Of a stretch of DNA of 49,072 nucleotides, positions 40,597 to 49,072 are shown piece after piece. Under the pieces are notes generated by a model that was not told the DNA's origin, did not search any database, and saw only the letters and a program-made list of their open reading frames with translations. This DNA comes from a virus. Made by a program: the position numbers and the translations under genes. Where the stretch lies: the IMG/VR virus record IMGVR_UViG_3300047311_000868, positions 1-49,072 of that record. One strand, 5' to 3'. Every line of letters starts with the position of its first letter. Position 1 is the stretch's first letter.

Positions 40597-41027
40597 GACA
40601 GAAACCCGATCGGCTTTTCGTTCCTGACAAGGATCCGGACTTCGTTTACCACTGGATGAACAATGCGGCGGGCCCGCAAGGTGACCAGAACATGTACATG
40701 GCCCAGCACGAAGGGTGGGAACCGGCTCCCATGGATCCGTCTAAACTCCCTCCGGGAGTACTCGAAGCCACTTTGCAGACGACAAGTCAGCCAGGTGGTG
40801 GTACGACACACCGAAGAGGTGACCTCGTCCTGTATAGGATGAGGCGAGAGGCGTGGGAGAAGTTGCGGGAAGAGGAAAGGTACGAGAACCAAAAGCGGCA
40901 GGACACGACCCTCGACACGATGGTCATGCAGGCGCAGGAGAACGCAGCGAAGAACCTCCGGGATAGAGGGCAGAAACGCATCCCCCGGGATTTGGTCTTC
41001 CGTGAAGATGTGGGCGATCCCCACTAG
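40593..41027 (+). CDS. Hypothetical head-module protein
   Basis: 144-aa ORF with an ATGA overlap with the upstream stop. Confidence 0.55.
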   Translation: MRQKPDRLFVPDKDPDFVYHWMNNAAGPQGDQNMYMAQHEGWEPAPMDPSKLPPGVLEATLQTTSQPGGGTTHRRGDLVLYRMRREAWEKLREEERYENQKRQDTTLDTMVMQAQENAAKNLRDRGQKRIPRDLVFREDVGDPH

Positions 41028-41047
41028 TACACAGAAAAGAGGAGTGA

Positions 41048-41578
41048 ATGGCTACACAAGCAAAGCTTGCAGTTAGAGCCGTCCGCACTCTCTCTGGCAG
41101 TCCAATCCCTCGGCAGATGTTTCCGGAGAAGGCGTCCTCGACGTTTAAGAAGGGCGCGCTTTGCTTCGTGAACGCAGGCTTCCTCGACGAGTGTGGTGCT
41201 GACCCGTCTTTGATGATGGGCATCGCAACCGCCGACGGCAGCAACAACGCAGCTGATGGTGGCGTCAACAACATCGTGGAGTTGGCACACCCCGACACGT
41301 TGTTTCGTGGGTACGTGGACACCAGTGCGAGTGAAGGAACGGGCACGACAGCGACAACCGACCTCGGTAAGGGGTATGGGTTTACGAAGAGCGCGACGGG
41401 TGGAATTTGGTATGTGGATAAGAACAAGACCACAACCTCCAACCGTGTGAGTATCTGGGAGTTCTGGTCCGAAGCAGGGTATGCGGTGGGAGACGTTCGT
41501 ACACACGTCCTCTTCTCCTTCACCCAGTTCCGTATCGCATCCTTCAACACGGCATTCCAAGGAAGTGTGGGGGCATAA
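41048..41578 (+). CDS. Head decoration-like protein (putative)
   Basis: 176 aa immediately upstream of the major capsid gene, beta-rich, with SD agaggag. The call rests on position and size. Confidence 0.45.
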   Translation: MATQAKLAVRAVRTLSGSPIPRQMFPEKASSTFKKGALCFVNAGFLDECGADPSLMMGIATADGSNNAADGGVNNIVELAHPDTLFRGYVDTSASEGTGTTATTDLGKGYGFTKSATGGIWYVDKNKTTTSNRVSIWEFWSEAGYAVGDVRTHVLFSFTQFRIASFNTAFQGSVGA

Positions 41579-42496
41579 ATGGCATCTACAACAGGTGGAT
41601 TTGCCTCCCTCCTCGCTCCCGGTCTCTTCGACGTACTCTTCAATGAAATAGACCACCAGCCGAACCAGTGGGTTCCGGTTTTCAACGTCTATGACAGCGA
41701 GAGGCAGTACGAAGAAGAGTTGAAGGTTGCGGGGTTGGGAAGCATGGTGGCGAAGCCGGAAGGCACGAACACCACGTTTGACGATCCGATCATCTCGGGT
41801 AAGGTTCGGTACACGCACGCTTCTTACGGTCTTGGCTTCCGCGTCACGAGGGAGATGTACGACGACGACCTGTACGACATCATGAACGAGATGGCGGCAG
41901 AGTTGGGCAGGGCAGCGGCGTACAAAGTCGAGGTGGATGCGTGGTCCATCCTCAACAATGCCTTCTCCAATACCTTCGCGGGCATTGACGCTTTGGCACT
42001 TTGCCATACCTCCCACACAAGACTTGACGGTGGCACCGTCATTGCAAATCGGCCGTCGACAGACGCCGACTTCTCCTTCACTTCATACCAAGCCGCTTTA
42101 GATTCCTTCAACACTATGCTGGATGACAGGGGACGGCCACTAGTGCTCTATCCGAGCTTGGTGGTGGTGGACCCCACCTTTCAGTGGGCGGTGAAGGAAG
42201 TTATCGGGAGCGAGTACAAGCCATATACGGCTGGCAATGAAATCAACCCCTTGAAGTTGGATGGGGTTGAGTGGCTCGCGTCCCGCTACTTCACGACCGC
42301 AAGACAGTGGTTCTTCATGTGCCCACCGAAGCAAGAAGTTAAGGGTGGCCACGACATGAAGTTCTTCTGGCGAACGAGACCGGAGACGTCCGACGCGGAT
42401 GACTTCCAGTCGGGCGACGCCATGTTCAAGATCTTCGCGAGGTACAGTAAAGGCTTCGCGGAGTTCCGAGGCGTCTACGGCACCACAGGCGGTTAA
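41579..42496 (+). CDS. Major capsid protein (HK97 fold, Mu gpT-like)
   Basis: 305 aa. The N-terminal FASLLAPGLFDVLFNEIDHQPNQWVPVFNVYDSERQYEEE... and C-terminal ...WFFMCPP...FWRTRPE...FKIFARYS resemble gpT-type capsid proteins. A hairpin follows the stop. Confidence 0.75.
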   Translation: MASTTGGFASLLAPGLFDVLFNEIDHQPNQWVPVFNVYDSERQYEEELKVAGLGSMVAKPEGTNTTFDDPIISGKVRYTHASYGLGFRVTREMYDDDLYDIMNEMAAELGRAAAYKVEVDAWSILNNAFSNTFAGIDALALCHTSHTRLDGGTVIANRPSTDADFSFTSYQAALDSFNTMLDDRGRPLVLYPSLVVVDPTFQWAVKEVIGSEYKPYTAGNEINPLKLDGVEWLASRYFTTARQWFFMCPPKQEVKGGHDMKFFWRTRPETSDADDFQSGDAMFKIFARYSKGFAEFRGVYGTTGG

Positions 42497-42502
42497 CTCG
42501 GC

Positions 42503-42530
42503 GGGGCTACGTTCGTAAGGGCGTAGCCCC
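42503..42530 (+). terminator. Hairpin after the major capsid gene (GGGGCTACG N10 CGTAGCCCC); weak terminator or attenuator
   Basis: Read directly 7 nt after the TAA. The downstream sequence is only modestly T-rich. Confidence 0.4.
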
Positions 42531-42563
42531 TGATCTCTCATCGTAGAGAGAGGAGAGTGCAGA

Positions 42564-43172
42564 ATGGCCGGTAGTAAGCTCAAGCGTCCCCTTCCAGGTT
42601 TTTCCCCCTTCCGAAAACCAAGCCGTGCGTTAAGTGGTGGTGCGCCGTTAACTGGAGGTAACCCGTCCGGGTTCATCCTCGAGGACACTGCCGGTAACGC
42701 TTGGTATCTTTGGTTCGACACAAACGGCGTACTCCGCTTCACGGATGCGGTGACGGCTGAGACGGCCGGTTTCAACTTCAACACAGGCGGTAGCATTGCG
42801 GGCATCGAAACGTTCACGGTAGGCCTCCTCGCGTCGGCAGTCGATACCGACATTTGGGTAGCACCACAAGCTGCGATTGTTGTCGGGTTTAGGGAAAGTC
42901 ACTCCGTCGTTGGTGGTGCTAGCGCGGCTGTCAGGCCTCGTAAGATCACCGACACTTCCGCGCCAGGAGCCGTTGCGAGTGGTACGGTGAAGGAGTTGAC
43001 CACGGCCAATATCGACTTGACGGCGACAATTAACACAGTTGTAAGTCCTGCACTTTCTGCGACGGTAGCCGATCTCACCTTCGCAGTGGGCAACCGGCTT
43101 GCACTCGACTTTAGCGGCACGTTAACTAACCTTGTTGGTCAGTTGACGGTAAGCGTCGCTTTGATCGGTTAA
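42564..43172 (+). CDS. Hypothetical structural protein
   Basis: 202-aa ORF with SD gagaggagag, beta-rich. Confidence 0.6.
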   Translation: MAGSKLKRPLPGFSPFRKPSRALSGGAPLTGGNPSGFILEDTAGNAWYLWFDTNGVLRFTDAVTAETAGFNFNTGGSIAGIETFTVGLLASAVDTDIWVAPQAAIVVGFRESHSVVGGASAAVRPRKITDTSAPGAVASGTVKELTTANIDLTATINTVVSPALSATVADLTFAVGNRLALDFSGTLTNLVGQLTVSVALIG

Positions 43173-43183
43173 GGAGGAGGAGA

Positions 43184-43849
43184 ATGTCAATTAGAGCTGT
43201 ATTCACCCCAGCAGGGTCGATTGCGTCGGCGAGGGAAATGGCGCTCGCCGAGGCGCAGGCGATTTTCTGCCTTACCAACCCCACACTTGGCACGGCGATT
43301 TCCGGTCACGCAGCGCCTACCACCTTCGACGAGACGAAGGCGTTGCTGTACCTCTTCAACAACGGCAGTAAGTACGTGCATTTGATGAAGGGGGCGTTGA
43401 AGCTAAGTAACGCAGGCACCGCAGGCACGACAATCCGCTTTACGGGGTGCCTGGACGTTGGTCCACGTACCCCCACAGGAGGTACCGCTGCCGCTAACAC
43501 CCTCAACAAGGGTGGTACTGGTGGTGCTGCTGTTTCGAACGTCACAGCGTACTTCGGAGCGGTTGTGATTCCCGCACCCAGTAACAACCGTCAGATCGTT
43601 CACGACGCCCAGTATAGAGATGTGATTGGGGTTGTGAGGGATACGTACGGTTTCGTTTGGGGTGGAGCACCTATCCCGTTCTACATGCCGCAGACCGCCA
43701 CGAACGGTACGTCGGAGGCAGACATCGTTGTGGGGTATGATTCGGTGGTGATTCCGCCGGGATACGTCTACACCCTCCACCAGTGGAGCGCTTCACAAAG
43801 TGGCGCGTATCAGTTCGAGCCGGTCTCGTTCAGCTACGCGGAGGTGTAA
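43184..43849 (+). CDS. Hypothetical structural protein
   Basis: 221-aa ORF with SD aaggaggagg. Confidence 0.6.
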   Translation: MSIRAVFTPAGSIASAREMALAEAQAIFCLTNPTLGTAISGHAAPTTFDETKALLYLFNNGSKYVHLMKGALKLSNAGTAGTTIRFTGCLDVGPRTPTGGTAAANTLNKGGTGGAAVSNVTAYFGAVVIPAPSNNRQIVHDAQYRDVIGVVRDTYGFVWGGAPIPFYMPQTATNGTSEADIVVGYDSVVIPPGYVYTLHQWSASQSGAYQFEPVSFSYAEV

Positions 43850-43850
43850 T

Positions 43851-44150
43851 ATGTCCGTAACAAGGAAAGGCCGGTCGATCATCATGACGGCCGCTTCTGA
43901 CCTATACAACTTCCCCGTGCGTGTACGACAGGTGAGGTTTGTTGGGACAGGCCTTACAGTCGGGCAGGAATTACGGCTGAAGGAGTTCGACACGAACGGC
44001 GCGGTTATCTGCGACCACTTCGTGACAGCCACGACGGAAGACTTCATTGTTTGGGAAGCTGGCGACCGTCTTGGTAGTTGGGTCCGTAAACCGTTCGTGG
44101 ACGCCATCCCAGCTGGTGGTGGTGGACAGATTATCTTTCAGCTGTCGTAG
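43851..44150 (+). CDS. Hypothetical structural protein (99 aa)
   Basis: Internal Met18 of ORF 43800..44150, with the ATG 1 nt after the upstream TAA. Confidence 0.55.
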   Translation: MSVTRKGRSIIMTAASDLYNFPVRVRQVRFVGTGLTVGQELRLKEFDTNGAVICDHFVTATTEDFIVWEAGDRLGSWVRKPFVDAIPAGGGGQIIFQLS

Positions 44151-44158
44151 GGGGAGAC

Positions 44159-44437
44159 ATGCCTCAACTCGATCCGTTGTGGAAGAAAATCGCAGAGGAC
44201 GCTCCAGATAGCCGGGTGAGTGGGACGAACCTCACTTGGTCGAGGAAGGAGCAGAAGGATAAGTTCCTCGGCAATATGGAGATGTGCTACTGCGCGAATT
44301 GCGGTAGGGAAAAGGGAATGATTACGAAAAACTGGGCTGCGTACGTCTTCGCACTCTGCGACGACTGCGTTGCTAAACATGGGCCACCGCCAGGCATGCA
44401 GCAATTGCCTGATGAGTGGGTAGAGGGAGGGAAGTAA
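44159..44437 (+). CDS. Small zinc-ribbon protein in the structural module
   Basis: CYCANCGREKG....ALCDDCVAKHG has a CxxC...CxxC pattern. SD gggggag upstream. Confidence 0.55.
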   Translation: MPQLDPLWKKIAEDAPDSRVSGTNLTWSRKEQKDKFLGNMEMCYCANCGREKGMITKNWAAYVFALCDDCVAKHGPPPGMQQLPDEWVEGGK

Positions 44438-44438
44438 C

Positions 44439-44939
44439 GTGCCGTACTACTACTCAGTTACGAAAACACCGACAACTCCAGGTTCGCTGTTCACCTCAAA
44501 CGGTACAGCGAACACGAAGAGTACCCACCTGCGCTTCTTGACGGTTGCGAACCAGCAAGTCGCGAAGATCATGGGGCTCTTTGGTAGTGCGAGGTTTAGC
44601 ACCGCTGGTGGTGCTATGATGGCACTCGTTCGTGGAGGTGCCGCTGGCTCGGGTGGAACGTCAAATACCCCAAGCAAGGCGGATTACTTTCAGGAACCGG
44701 CAGCCAACCTCACAGCGTTCGACGACGCCTCGGCCATCACCCCTGGCACAGGTCCAATCCAGCAGCAGACGATTGGCTTTGCACAGACTGGTGGTCAGGG
44801 AGGTTGGGTTGCGTTGGAAGATCCTGACGCGATCAGCCTTGCTCCAAACGGTGGAGCAAACGGTAACCTCGAAATGGCGTCTTTCGCCAGCACAGCGTCA
44901 GTCACGTTCGACGCCACGGTTCGGTTCAAGGAAGGCTAG
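44439..44939 (+). CDS. Hypothetical structural protein
   Basis: 166-aa ORF with a GTG start preceded by gagggaggg. Confidence 0.55.
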   Translation: MPYYYSVTKTPTTPGSLFTSNGTANTKSTHLRFLTVANQQVAKIMGLFGSARFSTAGGAMMALVRGGAAGSGGTSNTPSKADYFQEPAANLTAFDDASAITPGTGPIQQQTIGFAQTGGQGGWVALEDPDAISLAPNGGANGNLEMASFASTASVTFDATVRFKEG

Positions 44940-44942
44940 TAA

Positions 44943-47402
44943 GTGCGGAAGGACTTCTCCTCGGCTCGATGTGGTGGTGGAGCGTCACAACTTGCCACGT
45001 ACATCGAGCCGAGCCTTCTCGGCGACCTTACCTTTAGGCCTGACCCTAGTAGTCTCGCAACAGACTACTTTGTTAGCGTCTACGCAATGGGTACTACTAC
45101 CCCCGTTGTGGCTACCCTCGATCTTGGCGTACCACCAGTTAACCCCTTTACAGGCTTAATCAGGGTGAATATGGCGTCCTTCTTAAACAGCCTGCCGCCC
45201 GGCAATTATACCGTAACGGTGTCTGTGGTGAATCCTGGTGGGACGTCCACCTCCATATTCTCAACCCCCTTCACCGTACCGTTAGCTGGAGGGGTGGCAA
45301 TTAAGACCGTTGGACCGTCAGGGCGAAACTTCACAACCGTTCAGGCGGCTGTGAACGCTGCGGTCGCGGGTGACATCATTCAGTGTGATGCCGGCGTGAC
45401 CTTCACCGAGTCGGTGACGTTGCCCAACAAGGGCCCGTTAGTCGCGCCTATCACAATCACAACAAACGCAAGTACAGCTGCACTACCCGCACCTGGTCAG
45501 CGTATCAACCCGTCCTTCGCTTCCTTCCTACCGAAGATCGTCTCGCCCGGTAGTGGTATTCCGTGTCTGCTAGTAGCGCCTGGGGCGAACAACTACGTCT
45601 TACGGAACATCGAGTTTCCCGGTGTGCCGCTTGGCTTCAATGCCATCATCAAGATTGGCGCCAATGACAGTACCCAACAGTTCTACACCGACGAACCGCA
45701 CCACATCACAATCGACCAGTGTTACATCCACGGTGGGGTTGTTTGTGGCCAGAAGAGAGGGATTGAGACACACGGCCGATACATCGTCATCACCAACAAC
45801 TACATCTCCGATATTAAGAGTGTTGGCCAGGACAGTCAGGGCATCTACCACATCAACGGGCATGGGCCCATGACGATCGTCAATAACACCATCCAAGCAG
45901 GCACTGAACCGATTCTCTTTGGTGGTGCGGACCCGGTCGTGCGTACGTACATGACATGCTCGGGAGGGGCTAGCGCTACAGGATGTAACGTCTCCTGCTC
46001 GGAAGCCGGCCATACCCTCTCCGAACTTATGGTGGGGCAAGGACTTAGCGTGCTCGTTGCGGGAGTTTGGGTATTCACAACCCTCGCATCTGTCACCGGT
46101 AGTGGTGTATCCGGTTCGATAACATTCGCAAGTGTTGGTGGTGTGCCAGACACACCTGGGGGGTTAAGAGCCGGCACTGTGATTGGTATGGAAGGGGTGG
46201 GTTTTGGTCCTACTATCACCGGCAATTACGTAGGTAACGACCCAACGTGGATCAATGGGGTGTTGCAGCAAGTGCAGGGCGTAAGTGCTGCTGCGTTCAC
46301 TGGTGGTGGCACACTTCCTGGTGGTGGGTACTTCTACAGTGTTCAGGCCTTCAATCCCAACGGGTATCAAGCCAACCCAGTCTTCTTCGTCAACGGCGCA
46401 CGGTCAACGGAAGCCTTCGTAAGTCTTGGTGCTCCAGGCCACGTGAATATTAGTTGGACGCCCGACCCGAACGCGACCATCTATAGAGTTTGGAGAGGTA
46501 CGACCGCAAACGCCCCCACGCAATACCACGACGCTACTGGTGGTTCTTACGTGGACGATGGCACGGCGATGGTTGTTGCCTCAGTGCCAGGTGCTACTCC
46601 CTGGCAGGTTAAGAACCTCTTCGAGTTGAAGGCGGCTCAAAACGCACTTGTCTCCGGTAACATCTTCCAATACCACTGGAAGGGCAACAGCAACGGTTGG
46701 TGTATATGGATTAAGTCCGTCAACCAAGACGGGACGGGCAACTATATACAGACGAAGAATATAACCGTTGAGAAGAACATCTTCCGACACTGCGATGGGT
46801 GGATGGAAGTGCATGGAAGGGAGATTCCAGGCGGTTCAGGATTCCCCCTCCCAGGTCCGGTGACGAACCTAACAGTCCGGCACAACCTCATCTACGACTC
46901 CAACCCCACTTGGGGGCAAGGATTTGAGATTTTTGCGTGCAACTTTAGTGAGGGCGTTACCAACTTTGTCTTCCAACACAATACTGTTGTTCACGAGACA
47001 AACCTCACTGGTGGAGGTTTGATAGTATTAGATCCTGCAAGCACGCCGATGCTAGGCTTGACCATTATTGACAACATGCTGCGGAAGGAAACGAATGGTA
47101 TTAAGGCGGCCACCTTCGCGTCGGGCACGGCCAGTCTTAACGCGTGTACAAGTGGTGGTTACACCTACACCAAGAATGCTGTAGCGGACGCGAACGCCGG
47201 CACTGATGGTGGCGGGAACTTCTACGAAGCACAGGCCTTGTGGGAGCAAGAGTTTGTTAACTACACTCCCGATGGTGTGGGCGCTGACTACCACCTCAAA
47301 CCAACTAGCCCCTACCACTTCGCCGGGTCAGATGGGATTGATCTTGGATGTGATGTAACGATGGTATTGGCCATAACCGCGAATGTACCTACAGGACAAT
47401 AA
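44943..47402 (+). CDS. Tailspike / depolymerase-like right-handed beta-helix protein with an FN3-like insert
   Basis: 819 aa. A pectate-lyase-type cap (VGPSGRNFTTVQAAVNAAVAGDIIQCDAGVTFTESVTL), repeated N-x-I/V-x-N beta-helix rungs (ITNNYISD, IVNNTIQA, VEKNIFRH, VRHNLIYD, FQHNTVVH, IIDNMLRK), FN3-like HVNISWTPDPNATIYRVWRG, and a C-terminal ADYHLKPTSPYHFAGSDGIDLG. Confidence 0.75.
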   Translation: MRKDFSSARCGGGASQLATYIEPSLLGDLTFRPDPSSLATDYFVSVYAMGTTTPVVATLDLGVPPVNPFTGLIRVNMASFLNSLPPGNYTVTVSVVNPGGTSTSIFSTPFTVPLAGGVAIKTVGPSGRNFTTVQAAVNAAVAGDIIQCDAGVTFTESVTLPNKGPLVAPITITTNASTAALPAPGQRINPSFASFLPKIVSPGSGIPCLLVAPGANNYVLRNIEFPGVPLGFNAIIKIGANDSTQQFYTDEPHHITIDQCYIHGGVVCGQKRGIETHGRYIVITNNYISDIKSVGQDSQGIYHINGHGPMTIVNNTIQAGTEPILFGGADPVVRTYMTCSGGASATGCNVSCSEAGHTLSELMVGQGLSVLVAGVWVFTTLASVTGSGVSGSITFASVGGVPDTPGGLRAGTVIGMEGVGFGPTITGNYVGNDPTWINGVLQQVQGVSAAAFTGGGTLPGGGYFYSVQAFNPNGYQANPVFFVNGARSTEAFVSLGAPGHVNISWTPDPNATIYRVWRGTTANAPTQYHDATGGSYVDDGTAMVVASVPGATPWQVKNLFELKAAQNALVSGNIFQYHWKGNSNGWCIWIKSVNQDGTGNYIQTKNITVEKNIFRHCDGWMEVHGREIPGGSGFPLPGPVTNLTVRHNLIYDSNPTWGQGFEIFACNFSEGVTNFVFQHNTVVHETNLTGGGLIVLDPASTPMLGLTIIDNMLRKETNGIKAATFASGTASLNACTSGGYTYTKNAVADANAGTDGGGNFYEAQALWEQEFVNYTPDGVGADYHLKPTSPYHFAGSDGIDLGCDVTMVLAITANVPTGQ

Positions 47403-49072
47403 ATGAGACGCCACCTTCGCTTCGTATGCTTTGCCGTCTTTGCTCTTCTCTGCGTTGTTACGCTTCTCGCCCAAGCGCCACAACCACCAACGAACGTAAA
47501 CGTCAACGCGCCGTTAGTGGCGCCGGTGTTGAATAGCCTTTCCGTCTCGAGCGGAGCTGTTGGGACGACGGTTGTTTTGACAGGTACGACGTTTAGTACT
47601 GTACAGGGTGCTAGTACGGTACAGTTCAACAGCACGCTTGCTACCGCAACCGCCTGGTCGAATACGTCGATCACCGTAACAGTCCCGGCGGGCGCGACAA
47701 CTGGATCTGTATCGGTGACTGTTGGGCCGAATACAAGTAATAGTTTACCTTTCACCGTTACTACGGTAGTAGCACAACTCTGTACATCAGCGACTGCCAA
47801 AGTCTATATCCGCTCCGGGGCGAGTGGTGCCAACAACGGCACGGATTGGACGAATGCGCGCACGACGTTTCCCTCTCCGCTCGTGCGTGGCGTGACCTAT
47901 TGCGTGGCGACTGGCAGTTATGCCGCCCTCGATATTGTCGAAGCCGAAGTGACTACGGGCGTGATTGCGATTGTGGGCGCGACGGCGGCCGATCATGGCA
48001 CGGCGACGGGGTGGACGAATACGTTTTCCGTGTCTTCTGCTGATGGCGGGTCGCAGGCGTTGTTTGCGAATACGGGCGCGGGCGGGGCGGCGATCAAAAT
48101 CGAGCGCAGCTACATCACGATTGACGGGAATGCGGGCGGTAACCTTGAACGGGATCCGACGAAGTATGGGTTTCGGTTGTCGCAACCTGCATCCTGTAAT
48201 GACACGCCCCAACGGTATCTCTATGTGCGTGGCGATGCGTTGGAAGCGACACAAACGAATGTCACGGTCAAGCATGCCGCGATGGTGTCCTGTGGCGCAG
48301 GCGCGTTTGAATTGGCCTCTCAGCAGGCCATCAGCCTTGGCTGTGGAGGCTGTTATCTCACGAACTCGACGTTTTCGACTCTCTATCTCGGCAACGCCAC
48401 GAACAGTATCAGTTTGACGAACACCGCGAATACAACGATGGAGTATCTGTATACCAAGGGCCAATGGTCAACAGGGGCGGGGCATGGCGATAATCACGGC
48501 GAAGGCATCTCCGTCAACGACTGTCGCAACACGGATAACATCAACTGCGGGTCGACGGCATTTCCCGCAGGGCAAGGGACGATTAACAATACGGTTCGCT
48601 GGTCCTATTTCACGGATTGCAACGGGACGGCGTGCATCGCGGCGATTGGCCCCGGCAATGTGATCAGCATCAACGCTTGGAAGATCTACGGCAACGTGTT
48701 TATAGCGGGGGTGCTGATTGGGACGAGTGGACCCGCGAACCTCTCCATTGCCGATGGTGGCACGTTCTATATCAAAGACACGCTGATTTACAACAACACC
48801 TTCCTCGTCGCGGGTGCGGTCTTTGAGCAATGCGCAACTGGCTGCGGATTGGGGCCGTCTGGCAACGTGGTCGAGAATAATCTCATCGTCAGCGGGAACG
48901 CGGACATTCGATTCAGCGCGGACGGCGTGATCGTGCACGACTACAATGCCTTTTTCTCTCCGACGACGACACCGGGGAGCGAGGCGCATCTCCAAACGAT
49001 CGGCAGTCAGCCGCTCGTCAATCCCGCGTTGAGCGGCACGGGCGACTATCACCTCGTGACTGACACGGCGGC
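47403..49072 (+). CDS. Signal-peptide + IPT/TIG + beta-helix protein (second depolymerase-like protein). It runs off the window end and finishes at 224 after circularisation (588 aa in total).
   Basis: Hand translation is stop-free from ATG 47403 to the window end. It has signal peptide MRRHLRFVCFAVFALLCVVTLLA|QA, an IPT/TIG-like PVLNSLSVSSGAVGTTVVLTGTTFSTVQGASTVQFNSTLATATAWSNTSITVTVPAGATTGSVSVTV, then beta-helix rungs (ITIDGN, INNTVRWSYF, VVENNLIV). Confidence 0.75.
   Translation, partial: MRRHLRFVCFAVFALLCVVTLLAQAPQPPTNVNVNAPLVAPVLNSLSVSSGAVGTTVVLTGTTFSTVQGASTVQFNSTLATATAWSNTSITVTVPAGATTGSVSVTVGPNTSNSLPFTVTTVVAQLCTSATAKVYIRSGASGANNGTDWTNARTTFPSPLVRGVTYCVATGSYAALDIVEAEVTTGVIAIVGATAADHGTATGWTNTFSVSSADGGSQALFANTGAGGAAIKIERSYITIDGNAGGNLERDPTKYGFRLSQPASCNDTPQRYLYVRGDALEATQTNVTVKHAAMVSCGAGAFELASQQAISLGCGGCYLTNSTFSTLYLGNATNSISLTNTANTTMEYLYTKGQWSTGAGHGDNHGEGISVNDCRNTDNINCGSTAFPAGQGTINNTVRWSYFTDCNGTACIAAIGPGNVISINAWKIYGNVFIAGVLIGTSGPANLSIADGGTFYIKDTLIYNNTFLVAGAVFEQCATGCGLGPSGNVVENNLIVSGNADIRFSADGVIVHDYNAFFSPTTTPGSEAHLQTIGSQPLVNPALSGTGDYHLVTDTA
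48946..49072. repeat. Terminal direct repeat, right copy (exact duplicate of 1..127)
   Basis: Same 127-bp string as the window start. It lies inside an open reading frame that continues in frame at position 128. Confidence 0.97.

Noticed and set aside
47787-49052. Two long minus-strand ORFs (47787..48464, 225 aa; 48468..49052, 194 aa), Arg-rich
   Set aside because: They lie antisense to a stop-free plus-strand frame that has a clear signal peptide, IPT/TIG motif and beta-helix motifs. Their Arg/Ala/Pro-rich composition is typical of shadow ORFs in higher-GC DNA.
1-49072. Search for CRISPR arrays, tRNA/rRNA genes, integrase, repressor or excisionase lysogeny module, reverse transcriptase/DGR, transposases and homing endonucleases
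   Set aside because: I saw no regularly spaced direct repeats and no tRNA-like T-arm or acceptor patterns in intergenic gaps. No ORF carries integrase (R..H.R.Y), RT (YxDD), HNH or GIY-YIG signatures. The tandem repeats in 850..1800 are protein-coding repeats, not DGR template/variable pairs. The scan was by eye and has limited sensitivity.
48946-49072. Interpreting the 127-bp terminal repeat as a biological direct terminal repeat or an att or IS boundary
   Set aside because: The repeat sits in the middle of a continuous coding frame, and its length equals a common assembler k-mer. A circular-closure artefact is the simpler explanation, although read-level analysis is needed to exclude true DTRs.

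Overview
The window is a complete, circularly closed tailed dsDNA phage genome. The first 127 bp are identical to the last 127 bp, so the unique length is 48,945 bp. The linearisation point cuts through a gene. There are two transcription blocks. A plus-strand morphogenesis block runs 34.5 kb -> 49.07 kb and wraps to 1 -> 16.4 kb. It holds terS, terL, portal, scaffold-like, decoration-like, HK97-fold major capsid, two beta-helix depolymerase-like proteins, repeat/fibre proteins, a lysis-like cassette, a GNAT, an S74-chaperone protein and a 1606-aa giant protein. A minus-strand early/replication block runs 34.06 kb -> 16.4 kb. It holds small early genes, a DksA/TraR zinc finger, a Cas4-like nuclease, Sak4-like ATPase, DUF669-like protein, GroES-like protein, cold-shock protein, UDG-PolA fusion and DUF3987-type helicase. 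The two blocks diverge from an AT-rich control region (33.5-34.5 kb) that carries near-consensus sigma70-type promoters, a bidirectional terminator and palindrome clusters. They converge, overlapping by 11 bp, at 16.4 kb. The most notable content is a full preQ0 (7-deazaguanine) pathway: folE-queE-queD, queC, and a short TGT-fold DpdA-like gene, with unassigned ORFs beside queC. This predicts hypermodified virion DNA. Other unusual signals: (1) a ~2 kb higher-GC island across the junction that swaps parts of two adjacent tail genes, one of which carries a Sec signal peptide; (2) a ~660-bp T-depleted segment open in all six frames; (3) an ORF-inside-ORF frame switch; (4) a ~400-aa charge-free Q/N/G-rich domain ahead of an S74 chaperone domain; (5) seven ~45-aa tandem repeats in a tail protein. 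I saw no tRNA, rRNA, CRISPR array, integrase, repressor or reverse transcriptase. All functional calls come from motifs read by eye and need HMM or structure confirmation.
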